A stretch of 64,000 bases of DNA from Clostridia bacterium (GTDB taxonomy: Bacteria > Bacillota > Clostridia > Oscillospirales > CAG-272): positions 79,961 to 143,960 of the forward strand of contig JAGASS010000016.1 of assembly GCA_017621655.1 (NCBI GenBank), given 5' to 3'. Every line of letters begins with the position of its first letter. Position 1 is the stretch's first letter. Of this stretch, positions 27,555 to 36,562 are shown in pieces. Below the pieces are notes generated by a model that worked only from the letters and a program-made list of their open reading frames with translations, did not search any database and was not told where the DNA came from. Both the position numbers and the translations under genes were made by a program.

Positions 27555-29147
27555 ATGCAAAAAGCGAGCGAGATGCGTGATCGGCTTACAAATGAATTTA
27601 CCGAAAGCTATGCGGAAGATCTGACGCAAGATATTGCGTTTCAGATAATTGCGGCTTTGAATAAAGGCACTATCCCAACGAGTTTTTCGGCGTGGGTCTG
27701 GAAAATCGCGCGTAACCGTTATTCGGCATGGGCAAAGGAAAAGCATAATAGAAACGAATCGGTAACCGGTTCCGATATCGGCGATTATGAAATTGAAGAC
27801 GAAAGCGAAAATATCCTTGATGAAATGATACATACGGAGCAAATGGCTCTGCTTCGGCGCGAGCTGGCGTTCATCAAAAGTGATTATCGTAACATCGTCG
27901 TTGCCTACTACATAGAAAACAAAAGCGTTCGTGAAATTGCAGAATCGCTCTCGCTTTCAGTAAACTCGGTGAAGTCTCGGCTTCTCCGTGCAAGACAAAT
28001 TTTGAAAGAAGGTATGGATATGGCAAGAGAATTTGGTGTAAGAAGCTATAAGCCGGAGGAGATTGATTTCAGCTGTAGCTGTGATTCCTTTGGAGAATTT
28101 GGCCAACCATGGACAATTCTCAACCACAAAATCTACAAAAACATTTTACTTGAAGCCTATGGTAATCCCTCCACCGCAGGGGAGTTGTCCCTCGAACTCG
28201 GGGTGGCACTTCCTTATATGGAGGACGAGTTAAGGTATCTGGTCGAGCAGACAATGCTCGTTCATAATGGAAACAAATATGAGACTGCTTTTCCCATCTT
28301 GAGTAGTCATGCACAGGAAAAAACATGGGCATACAACGAACGCATGATACCGCAGCTCACGAGGTTGTTTACCAAGCTCATCGATGGATTTACTCAGGCC
28401 TGTGAAGCCCATGGCATCAGCTGTTTTGGAAAGTATCAAACGTACGAGGATGCCAAGTGGACGCTCTTGATGCGTGCATTTGATATGCTCGCGTTCTCTG
28501 CTTCTCCCGAGGGTTATTACAAAAAAGGCTACACCAAGCGTCCCAACGGAGGATGTTGGGACATCGTAGGCTATCAAAAAGCGGACATTCCCGATATTCC
28601 CTGGGTAGGCCTTCACGGTTGCCCAAAGGAGCGGATGGATCAGCCCGCTGTGTATTTCCAACAATTCAAATACAAGCATGACGATATTTGGATGAAGACC
28701 CCCGAGTATCTGACTCACGACGAGGCATTGACCCTAAAAGCGGTTGTCGAAGGAAAGTGGGAAGCATGTGAGGCATATTGGATGGATCGTCTGCTTTCAT
28801 ACGGCTATATCAAAAAGACCGAGACGGGATACGAGCCTACCATCGTCGTGTTTGAACAGGGTGCAAAGGAAAGATATCTTGAATCGTTCACCGATGAAGA
28901 AAAGAAGTCGTTGATGGATACAGCAACGGAAATCAAGAAAATGCTCCGAGAAGCCAAGGACTTCTCCTATAAGATCATTGTGGAGGATCTTCCCGATAGT
29001 ATTGCAAGCAATGAAAACTTAAGGTTCATTGCTTTTCAGGAGAACGGAGCCGATCGGCGCTATGTGCTTGAGCAGGCTTTGAAGGATGGTTGGCTCGTTT
29101 ACGATGACAAGACCTCCCCTGTCATTGGTGCGTATATGTATCTGTAA
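27555..29147 (+). CDS. ECF sigma-70 factor with long C-terminal extension
   Basis: AEDLTQDI, FSAWVWKIARN (region 2), SVREIAESLSLSVNSVKSRLLRAR (region 4), then about 375 aa extension; GGAGG RBS. Confidence 0.85.
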   Translation: MQKASEMRDRLTNEFTESYAEDLTQDIAFQIIAALNKGTIPTSFSAWVWKIARNRYSAWAKEKHNRNESVTGSDIGDYEIEDESENILDEMIHTEQMALLRRELAFIKSDYRNIVVAYYIENKSVREIAESLSLSVNSVKSRLLRARQILKEGMDMAREFGVRSYKPEEIDFSCSCDSFGEFGQPWTILNHKIYKNILLEAYGNPSTAGELSLELGVALPYMEDELRYLVEQTMLVHNGNKYETAFPILSSHAQEKTWAYNERMIPQLTRLFTKLIDGFTQACEAHGISCFGKYQTYEDAKWTLLMRAFDMLAFSASPEGYYKKGYTKRPNGGCWDIVGYQKADIPDIPWVGLHGCPKERMDQPAVYFQQFKYKHDDIWMKTPEYLTHDEALTLKAVVEGKWEACEAYWMDRLLSYGYIKKTETGYEPTIVVFEQGAKERYLESFTDEEKKSLMDTATEIKKMLREAKDFSYKIIVEDLPDSIASNENLRFIAFQENGADRRYVLEQALKDGWLVYDDKTSPVIGAYMYL

Positions 29148-29152
29148 ATAAC

Positions 29153-29199
29153 ACCGCCGAGAGTAACCGTTTGGTCGCTTTCGGCGGTTTATCTTTTTT
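29153..29199. terminator. Intrinsic terminator
   Basis: ACCGCCGAGAG..CTTTCGGCGGT stem followed by T-rich tract, between convergent genes. Confidence 0.7.
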
Positions 29200-29207
29200 G
29201 TATTGAA

Positions 29208-29627
29208 TTATTTGAACTGCTTTTTGTAAGTCGTTTTCTTTTCATCGGGCTTTTTCGGAGATACCTTGCGGACTATCAAGGCAACAAGGGCACCAATGAG
29301 ATAAAGGATCGAAAAGGCGATAAGAGTTCCGACTACGTTTTGTCTTTGCTCAAGGATGATAAACGAGATCAGTACATTAAAAAGGAAGATGATGTAATGA
29401 ATGAAATGCGCGGCAGGGAAAGACATTTTTCTGTTGCGGAAAACCTCGTTCGACCAGCTTAAGATCAGGGAAAACACAATGAAAGGAAGAAGCGTCTTAG
29501 GCGTCAACACATAAGGCATAGTGAAGTCCATAAGTGCGTTCAAAACTGAAAACGAAAACACTATGACCGTGAATATAAAGCAGGCAGGGTAAAGTATATT
29601 ATTAACGAATTTCTTGAATCCTTCCAA
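29208..29627 (-). CDS. Small 4-TM hypothetical membrane protein
   Basis: Four hydrophobic segments, basic C-tail, GGAGGA RBS before TTG, upstream TTGAAA-17-TATAAT. Confidence 0.7.
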   Translation of the reverse strand: MEGFKKFVNNILYPACFIFTVIVFSFSVLNALMDFTMPYVLTPKTLLPFIVFSLILSWSNEVFRNRKMSFPAAHFIHYIIFLFNVLISFIILEQRQNVVGTLIAFSILYLIGALVALIVRKVSPKKPDEKKTTYKKQFK

Positions 29628-29698
29628 AGCCGTTCCTCCGAATTTTGATAAGTATATTATACATTATTCGCTACGGAATTTCAAGATATAATTATAAA

Positions 29699-30685
29699 TT
29701 AATCTGGCATATCGTAAATAATTACGTCCTTTTCGGCGACTCGATCCTTACCGTCAGTTGAAACGACGACGCCCATTCTGTTTTGCGAAAGGAATTTTGT
29801 CAGCTCGTAGCAATCGATCCATATTTGATTATAGCCGTCCTTTTGGCTTGGGTCGAAAATGAGCTGGATGCCGAAATGAAGATGCGGCGTTTTAATATTG
29901 TTCACGTTCTCCTTTGCGCTGTAGCCGGTCATTCCGAGATAGCCAATGACCTGACCCGCGTTTACCATGTCGCCCTCCTTGAGATCGCTAACGTAAGGGT
30001 GATCTTTTCGTAGATGCGCGTAGTAATAGTAACGCTTGTTATCAAATGATCGTATGCCGATCCGCCATCCGCCGTACTGATTCCAGCCGAGGGCTTCAAC
30101 GTAGCCACTTTCGATAGCGATAACGGGCGTGCCGACGGATCCCATAAGGTCGTGACCGAGGTGCTTGCGGTTGTATCCGTAGCTTCTTGAAGCACCGAAA
30201 TCATCGGAATGATTATAGTAGTATCCTTTTGCAATCGGGGAAAAAGCGCGAAGCCCGTAATACTGCTTCCCGTCGATATAAAACTCACCGACGTATTCGC
30301 TTAAAACTGCGCCGTAAGCTTCAAGATAATAGGGATAGTAGTTGTATTTTGCGCCTATAGTATCGAGCTTTTCGCCGTTTTTTATCTTGTCGTAAATATC
30401 GGTCAGATCCTTCTTTTTGTAGTGTCTGAAATCACCGCCGTATTTTGCGCCGAGGTAGGAAAGAAGCTTGACGAAGTCGGCGTCGTAGCCCTTTTTGTAT
30501 GCGTCAAGAGATATATTAAGCGCGTCATTCATTGCTTCTGCGGTGACATCGAAATCTACCCATTTTATGTATTCGCCGCTTGTCATTCTGTACATTTTTT
30601 CGTGACTGAGGAGCCGCGCGACACCGAGCATAATAACTGATACCGCTATTAAAAACGCGCCGAAGCGCAGTCTTCTTTTTATCAT
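29699..30685 (-). CDS. M23 family metallopeptidase
   Basis: HLGHD (HxxxD), YYYYAHL, PHLHFGI (HxH); N-terminal TM. Confidence 0.92.
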   Translation of the reverse strand: MIKRRLRFGAFLIAVSVIMLGVARLLSHEKMYRMTSGEYIKWVDFDVTAEAMNDALNISLDAYKKGYDADFVKLLSYLGAKYGGDFRHYKKKDLTDIYDKIKNGEKLDTIGAKYNYYPYYLEAYGAVLSEYVGEFYIDGKQYYGLRAFSPIAKGYYYNHSDDFGASRSYGYNRKHLGHDLMGSVGTPVIAIESGYVEALGWNQYGGWRIGIRSFDNKRYYYYAHLRKDHPYVSDLKEGDMVNAGQVIGYLGMTGYSAKENVNNIKTPHLHFGIQLIFDPSQKDGYNQIWIDCYELTKFLSQNRMGVVVSTDGKDRVAEKDVIIYDMPD

Positions 30686-30822
30686 ACATTTTTCCGCCTA
30701 AAAAAGAATATTCACAGTTATGTATATGGCTTGCATTATTCATATATTCCCATTCAAAAATGAGTATATAATATATAACTATATATAAGATGTAATTTTT
30801 TAAGTTAAATACCCTAATTCCG

Positions 30823-30851
30823 TTGACAAAGTAAGGAAAAAAAGGTATAAT
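30823..30851 (+). promoter_or_regulatory. Consensus sigma-A promoter of the nusB operon
   Basis: TTGACA-17 bp-TATAAT. Confidence 0.85.
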
Positions 30852-30921
30852 GTATAATTACAGTAATAGTAGTGTATATACTGCATATTCATTCTACTAA
30901 TCGACTTGAAAAGGAACAGTT

Positions 30922-31326
30922 ATGGAAAGACGCAAAGCACGAGAGGCGGTAATGGAGCTTCTTTTTGAGAAGGAATTTAATATGGACGTAACGGCAGAGG
31001 AGACCTACCGTCTTGCCGAGGAGAGCAGAGAGCTTGAAAACGACAAGTATCTTACCGAAACTTATTTCGGTGTTCTCGATAATCTAGGTGAGATCGATGA
31101 TATAATTTCTCAGCACGCTATCGGCTGGAAGACGAAGAGAATGAGCAAGGTGTCTCTTTCTGTTATGAGAATCGCAGTTTACGAAATGATGAAGACCGAC
31201 GTTCCTTTCACCGTTTCGATAAACGAGGCAGTCGAGCTTTCAAAGAAGTTTGACGACGATAAAGCACCCGCATTTGTAAACGGCGTGCTTAACGCAGTTG
31301 CAGAGCAGCTCGGACTTAAAAAATGA
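30922..31326 (+). CDS. nusB: Transcription antitermination factor NusB
   Basis: RRKARE, RIAVYEM, VSINEAVELSK, FVNGVL. Confidence 0.96.
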   Translation: MERRKAREAVMELLFEKEFNMDVTAEETYRLAEESRELENDKYLTETYFGVLDNLGEIDDIISQHAIGWKTKRMSKVSLSVMRIAVYEMMKTDVPFTVSINEAVELSKKFDDDKAPAFVNGVLNAVAEQLGLKK

Positions 31327-32237
31327 ATCCCTGCCTCGGAATAGATACAAGTAACTATACGACCTCGCTCGCGACGTCGCGTAGCGGCAGAGTGGAGAAT
31401 AATCTCAGGATCCTGCTTTCCGTCGGCGAGGGCGAACGGGGACTGCGTCAGAGCGACGCGGTGTTTCAGCATACGGTAAATCTGCCGAAGGTATTTGAAA
31501 CGATCGGTGAGGTTTCCCCAAGAGCAGTCGGAGTGTCTGCTACACCGAGAGACGTTGACGGCTCGTATATGCCGTGCTTTCTGTCGGGAATTGCGGTGGC
31601 AACTGCCGTTGCATGCACGCACGGAGTTCCGCTATACCGCTTCAGCCATCAGCATGGACATATAGCGGCGGCGCTATACAGTTGCGGACGTGAGGATCTT
31701 CATCATTCGTCGTTCCTTGCCTTCCATGTTTCGGGCGGAACGACGGAGCTGACATTGGTTGAAAACGGCAAGATAACACTTCTCGGCGGTACGAAGGACA
31801 TTTCCTGCGGTAAGGCGATAGACCGTATCGGAGTCTTGATGGGACTTAAGTTCCCGTGCGGAAAAGAGCTTGATGCACTATCGAACGATCCGTCGGCGGT
31901 CAAGCCGGGCAAGATTACGGTCGACGGCTTTGACTTCAACCTTTCAGGACTTGAAAACAAGGCGGAGAAGCTTATTCACGACGGCGCCGAGAAGAGCTAC
32001 GTAGCAGATTTCGTCCTTTCGCATATAACCGCGGTGCTGAGTAAGCTCACCGAAAACGCGCTTGAAAAGTACGGCGAGATGCCGATAATATACGCAGGCG
32101 GCGTTATGAGTAACAGATATATAAATAAAACGCTTACCGAGCGCTTCGGCGGACTTTTCGCTGAAAATCAGTATTCCTGCGATAATGCCGCAGGTATCGC
32201 TCGGCTTACTGAAATGAAGATTATGGGAGAACTGTAA
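31323..32237 (+). CDS. TsaD/Kae1-like (M22/ASKHA) family protein
   Basis: LGIDTSNYTTS, GLRQSDAVFQH, SHQHGH, HVSGGTTE, AGGVMSN, CDNAAG. Confidence 0.85.
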   Translation: MNPCLGIDTSNYTTSLATSRSGRVENNLRILLSVGEGERGLRQSDAVFQHTVNLPKVFETIGEVSPRAVGVSATPRDVDGSYMPCFLSGIAVATAVACTHGVPLYRFSHQHGHIAAALYSCGREDLHHSSFLAFHVSGGTTELTLVENGKITLLGGTKDISCGKAIDRIGVLMGLKFPCGKELDALSNDPSAVKPGKITVDGFDFNLSGLENKAEKLIHDGAEKSYVADFVLSHITAVLSKLTENALEKYGEMPIIYAGGVMSNRYINKTLTERFGGLFAENQYSCDNAAGIARLTEMKIMGEL

Positions 32238-32238
32238 A

Positions 32239-33450
32239 ATGCCCGATGAATCGAGGATACTGACCGTCCACGGCTTAAATGAATATGTCAAGATGCTGAT
32301 CGACGGCAATCCCGTTCTATCAAACGTCTACGTTCGGGGTGAGATCTCCAACCTGAATTATCACTCCTCGGGGCACTATTATTTCTCGCTCAAGGACGAG
32401 AACGCAAGAGTATCGGCGGTGATGTTCAAAAGCGCCGTTATCAAGCTCAAATTCCGTCCTGAAAACGGAATGAAGGTCGTTCTTCACGGGCGCGTTTCGG
32501 TCTATCCGCGCGACGGCGCATATCAGCTTTACGCGACCTCCCTCGAGCCGGACGGGGTCGGCGCATTGACGCTGGCTTACGAGCAGCTTAAAAGAAAGCT
32601 CGAAGCGGAGGGCTTGTTCAGAGCAGACCTTAAAAAGCCGCTTCCGAAGATACCGTCGGCAGTCGGTATAATCACGTCGCCGACAGGCGCGGCAGTGCGT
32701 GATATTATAAACGTGTGCGGTAGACGCTTCCCGTTTGCAAAGCTCGTGCTTTTTCCGTCGCTCGTGCAGGGCGAGGGAGCGGAAGCAGACCTTATTCGCG
32801 GAATTAAGTATTTTAACGAAACCGGAACCGTTGACGTAATAATAATCGGTCGCGGCGGCGGCTCGATCGAGGACCTTTGGGCGTTTAACAGTGAATCGCT
32901 CGCAAGGGAAATATTCAAGTGCGACATTCCCGTTATTTCGGCTGTCGGTCACGAGACTGACTTTACGATATGCGACTTTGTCTCAGACAAACGCGCGCCG
33001 ACACCGTCTGCCGCGGCAGAGCTTGCAGTGCCTGAGAGCGAGGAGCTTAAAAGAAAATTCGGTAACGTCGTTTCGCGTATGCAGACGCTGACCGAAGCGA
33101 AGCTTAAGAGTCACCGTCAGATGCTGAAAATGCTTTCCGAGCGGCGCGCGCTAACACAGCCGTCGGCATATATAGACGACAAGCGTATGATGCTCATATC
33201 GCTTACAAAGGAGCTTGAAAGCTCAGTTAATTATAAATTGACGACCGAAAAGCAAAAGTTTGCTCGGCTTTCGTCGGTGCTTGAAGCGGTCAGTCCGCTA
33301 AAGGTTATATCAAAGGGCTATTCGGCAGTATTCAAGGACGGCGGAAAGCTCGTTAAAAGCGTTGATGACTTAAACGAGGGCGATGACGTTTCCTTTAAGC
33401 TGACAGACGGAAGCATAAATGCCAAGGTAGTTTCAAAACAGAAAGCGTGA
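32239..33450 (+). CDS. xseA: Exodeoxyribonuclease VII large subunit
   Basis: GEISN..SGHYYFSLKD, GRGGGSIEDLWAFN, SAVGHETD, APTPSAAAE. Confidence 0.97.
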   Translation: MPDESRILTVHGLNEYVKMLIDGNPVLSNVYVRGEISNLNYHSSGHYYFSLKDENARVSAVMFKSAVIKLKFRPENGMKVVLHGRVSVYPRDGAYQLYATSLEPDGVGALTLAYEQLKRKLEAEGLFRADLKKPLPKIPSAVGIITSPTGAAVRDIINVCGRRFPFAKLVLFPSLVQGEGAEADLIRGIKYFNETGTVDVIIIGRGGGSIEDLWAFNSESLAREIFKCDIPVISAVGHETDFTICDFVSDKRAPTPSAAAELAVPESEELKRKFGNVVSRMQTLTEAKLKSHRQMLKMLSERRALTQPSAYIDDKRMMLISLTKELESSVNYKLTTEKQKFARLSSVLEAVSPLKVISKGYSAVFKDGGKLVKSVDDLNEGDDVSFKLTDGSINAKVVSKQKA

Positions 33451-33686
33451 ATGATATGGATAAAAAAGAAATTAAATTTGAAGAGGCGCTATCCCGCCTT
33501 GAAGAAATAGTAAGAGAGCTTGAAAGCGGTACGGCGGAGCTTGATAAATCCCTTGATATGTTTGAGGAGGGCGTTGCCCTTGTTAAGCTTTGCTCCTGTA
33601 AGCTCGACGAAGCAGAGAAGCGCATAAACATTCTCGTTAATAACGGAAACGGTGGCTACGATGAAAGACCTTTTACTGACAATTAA
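33447..33686 (+). CDS. xseB: Exodeoxyribonuclease VII small subunit
   Basis: FEEALSRLEEIVRELESG..LDKSL..FEEG; start may be ATG 33456. Confidence 0.95.
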   Translation: MNDMDKKEIKFEEALSRLEEIVRELESGTAELDKSLDMFEEGVALVKLCSCKLDEAEKRINILVNNGNGGYDERPFTDN

Positions 33687-34509
33687 AGAAAATGCGGAGC
33701 TGATCGGCTCGGCTATTGATGAATACCTTTCGGGAAGCATTGATGAAATTTCGGTGCTTACCGATTCGATGAAATACAGCGCATCCTCGGGCGGAAAGAG
33801 AATAAGACCCTTCCTTACTCTTGAGGTCGCGAAAATGCTCGGCGGAAAAAAGGAGGCGGCGCTTCCTTATGCCTGCGCTATTGAGATGATACACACCTAT
33901 TCTCTTATCCACGACGATCTGCCTTGTATGGATAACGATGATATAAGACGCGGTAAGCCGACGAATCATGTAGTTTTCGGCGAAGCAAACGCGCTCCTTG
34001 CGGGCGACGCGCTTCTCACGAAGGCGTTTGAGGTCCCGGCAATGAATGAGCACGTTTCAAGTGACAACAAGGTCGCGGCAACTATTCTTCTCGCTCAGAA
34101 TGCCGGTGCCGACGGAATGATCGGCGGTCAGGTGCTTGACCTTGCAGGTGAAAAAGAGCGCTTGAGCGAAAAGACGCATCTTATGATGAACCGCATGAAA
34201 ACGGGTTGCCTCATTCGTACAGCGGCACTTCTCGGTTGCCTTTCTTCGGGATACGGAGAGGGAACTGACGAGTATGCCGACGTGAAAAAATACGCTGAGA
34301 ACATAGGTTTGGCATTCCAGATTGAGGACGATATTCTTGATTACGGCACAGAGGACAATAAAACGACGTTCCTTTCGTTTATGACTATTGACGAGGCAAA
34401 GGCAAAGATCGACGAGCTGACAGGCGAGGCGATCTCGGTCATTTCAAAATACGATGGTAGCGAAACGCTTACTCAGTTCGCGCGCTATCTCTCAAATAGA
34501 GAAGTATAA
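33661..34509 (+). CDS. ispA: Farnesyl/geranylgeranyl diphosphate synthase
   Basis: GGKRIRP, HTYSLIHDDLPCMDNDDIRRGKPT, GMIGGQ, KTG, FQIEDDILD. Confidence 0.92.
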   Translation: MKDLLLTIKENAELIGSAIDEYLSGSIDEISVLTDSMKYSASSGGKRIRPFLTLEVAKMLGGKKEAALPYACAIEMIHTYSLIHDDLPCMDNDDIRRGKPTNHVVFGEANALLAGDALLTKAFEVPAMNEHVSSDNKVAATILLAQNAGADGMIGGQVLDLAGEKERLSEKTHLMMNRMKTGCLIRTAALLGCLSSGYGEGTDEYADVKKYAENIGLAFQIEDDILDYGTEDNKTTFLSFMTIDEAKAKIDELTGEAISVISKYDGSETLTQFARYLSNREV

Positions 34510-35264
34510 TGCGCCTCGATCAATTTTTGACCGAAAAGGGTTATTCCGAAACGCGCACGAAAGCAAAGAATCTGATCGAAAGCGGATCGGTGACTGTAAA
34601 CGGCAAGTTTATATTAAAGCCCGCCTTTGACGTAAGTGAGGATGATGAAATATCCTGCCGAACCGATCTTGTCTGTCCCTATGTCAGCCGCGGCGGACTC
34701 AAGCTTGAGGGCGCGCTCCGCGAGTTTGGAATCGACCCTACGGGCGCCGTCTGCCTTGATATAGGCGCATCGTCTGGTGGCTTTACGGATTGTTTGCTCA
34801 AGCATGGCGCGAGTAAGGTATACGCGGTAGATTCGGGAAGCGGTCAGCTTCATAAGTCGCTTCTCTCTGATAGTCGCGTTATCTCACTTGAAAACGTAAA
34901 CGCGCGTTATCTGAGCGAAAAAGAGATACCCGAAAAAGCGGATATAACGGTAATGGACGTCTCGTTCATTTCGCAAACGAAGCTATATTCCGCGATTGTA
35001 CCGCTTATGAAAGAAAAGGGAATATTAATTTCCCTTATCAAGCCGCAGTTCGAGGTCGGACGGAGCGGCGTCGGCAAGGGCGGTATCGTCCGTGACGAAA
35101 AGAAACGCAAAGAAGCGGTTGATGACGTTATTAACTGCGCCGCTTCATTTGGACTTAAAAATATAAATACCGTGCTTTCGCCGATCAAGGGCGGAGACGG
35201 TAATATGGAATTTTTGGCATATTTCATTTTAGATAACGAAAGGAGGCAGGATAGTGAAGATTGA
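34509..35264 (+). CDS. tlyA: TlyA family rRNA 2'-O-methyltransferase
   Basis: S4 domain, YVSRGGLKL, DIGASSGGFTD, DVSFIS, LIKPQFE. Confidence 0.95.
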   Translation: MRLDQFLTEKGYSETRTKAKNLIESGSVTVNGKFILKPAFDVSEDDEISCRTDLVCPYVSRGGLKLEGALREFGIDPTGAVCLDIGASSGGFTDCLLKHGASKVYAVDSGSGQLHKSLLSDSRVISLENVNARYLSEKEIPEKADITVMDVSFISQTKLYSAIVPLMKEKGILISLIKPQFEVGRSGVGKGGIVRDEKKRKEAVDDVINCAASFGLKNINTVLSPIKGGDGNMEFLAYFILDNERRQDSED

Positions 35265-36096
35265 AGTTGCATCAACAGTAATAAAGGATCCGGGTCTTAA
35301 ATATACCTCGGAGCTTATCGCGACTCTCAAGGAACGCGGAGACGATATATGGCTCGACTGCGATGCGGATACGACTATAGACGGCGTTAATAAAGGCGTT
35401 TCGTCCTGCCCCGATATGATAATCGTTCTCGGCGGTGACGGCTCGATCATGAGAGCCGCAAGGAGAGGTGCGGTGATCGGTGTACCGATACTCGGTATCG
35501 ACCTTGGACGCGTCGGCTATCTTGCAGAGCTTTCGCCCGACGACAACGAAGGACTTAACGCAGTCCTCAGCGGCGAATACTATATCGAGAAGCGCGCGCT
35601 TCTTGAGGTATCTACCGTAAAAAACGGACTTGAATTGGAAGAAAAGATGGTCGCGATAAACGACGTCGTTCTTTCACACGGAACTGTTTCGCGTCTGCTT
35701 GAAACCGAGGTATACTGCGACGGAAGCTCACTCGGACGCTATCGCTCCGACGGATTTATCGTTGCTACACCAACGGGATCAACGGCGTATTCTCTCTCGG
35801 CAGGCGGCCCCGTGCTTTCCCCAAAGCTCAAGGGTATATGCCTAACGCCTATATGTCCGCATTCGCTTACCGCAAGACCGATAATAGTACCCGAGGATTC
35901 TCATATAGAGATCAAATACCTTTCACCTCAGCCGTCACCGTCACATCTGACAGTTGACGGTAACGAAGCCGATATGCTCTACTGCGGTGACTCGGTAATG
36001 GTACGCCGTTCAAGCGTGAGCGCAGATTTTATTCGCTTGAATAAAAAGCGTAACGTCAGCTTTTATGATATTTTAAGAGAAAAAATGTCTGATTGA
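35254..36096 (+). CDS. nadK: NAD kinase
   Basis: LGGDGS, GRVGYL, INDVV, DGFIVATPTGSTAYSLSAGG. Confidence 0.95.
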   Translation: MKIEVASTVIKDPGLKYTSELIATLKERGDDIWLDCDADTTIDGVNKGVSSCPDMIIVLGGDGSIMRAARRGAVIGVPILGIDLGRVGYLAELSPDDNEGLNAVLSGEYYIEKRALLEVSTVKNGLELEEKMVAINDVVLSHGTVSRLLETEVYCDGSSLGRYRSDGFIVATPTGSTAYSLSAGGPVLSPKLKGICLTPICPHSLTARPIIVPEDSHIEIKYLSPQPSPSHLTVDGNEADMLYCGDSVMVRRSSVSADFIRLNKKRNVSFYDILREKMSD

Positions 36097-36106
36097 GGAA
36101 ACGGAA

Positions 36107-36562
36107 ATGAAGTATAAGAGACATAATAAAATAATCGAGATCATAACGGAATTCGACATAGAAACGCAGGACGAGCTTATAAGCAAGCTCCGTGAGTCGG
36201 GCTTTGACGTAACTCAGGCGACGGTATCGCGCGATATTCGCTCGCTCAAACTCGTTAAGGTTTCAACCCCCGATCACCGTTATAAGTACGCGCTCTCACC
36301 ACGTGACGATATTCACATCTCGGCAAAGTACAGAAATATTATAAGAGAGACGATAATAAAGGTCGATTTCGCCAATAACTTCGTTGTTCTTAAGACCTAC
36401 GCAGGTATGGCTCAGGCGGCTGCTGCCGCAATCGACGGAATGGGCTGGTCGGAGCTTGTCGGAAGCATCGCGGGCGACGACACGATTTTCGTCATGATGC
36501 GCGATAACACGGGCGCAATTGAATTTTCCGAAAAACTTAAGCAGATAACGAGAGGGAACTGA
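36107..36562 (+). CDS. argR: Arginine repressor
   Basis: TQATVSRDI, GSIAGDDTI. Confidence 0.96.
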   Translation: MKYKRHNKIIEIITEFDIETQDELISKLRESGFDVTQATVSRDIRSLKLVKVSTPDHRYKYALSPRDDIHISAKYRNIIRETIIKVDFANNFVVLKTYAGMAQAAAAAIDGMGWSELVGSIAGDDTIFVMMRDNTGAIEFSEKLKQITRGN

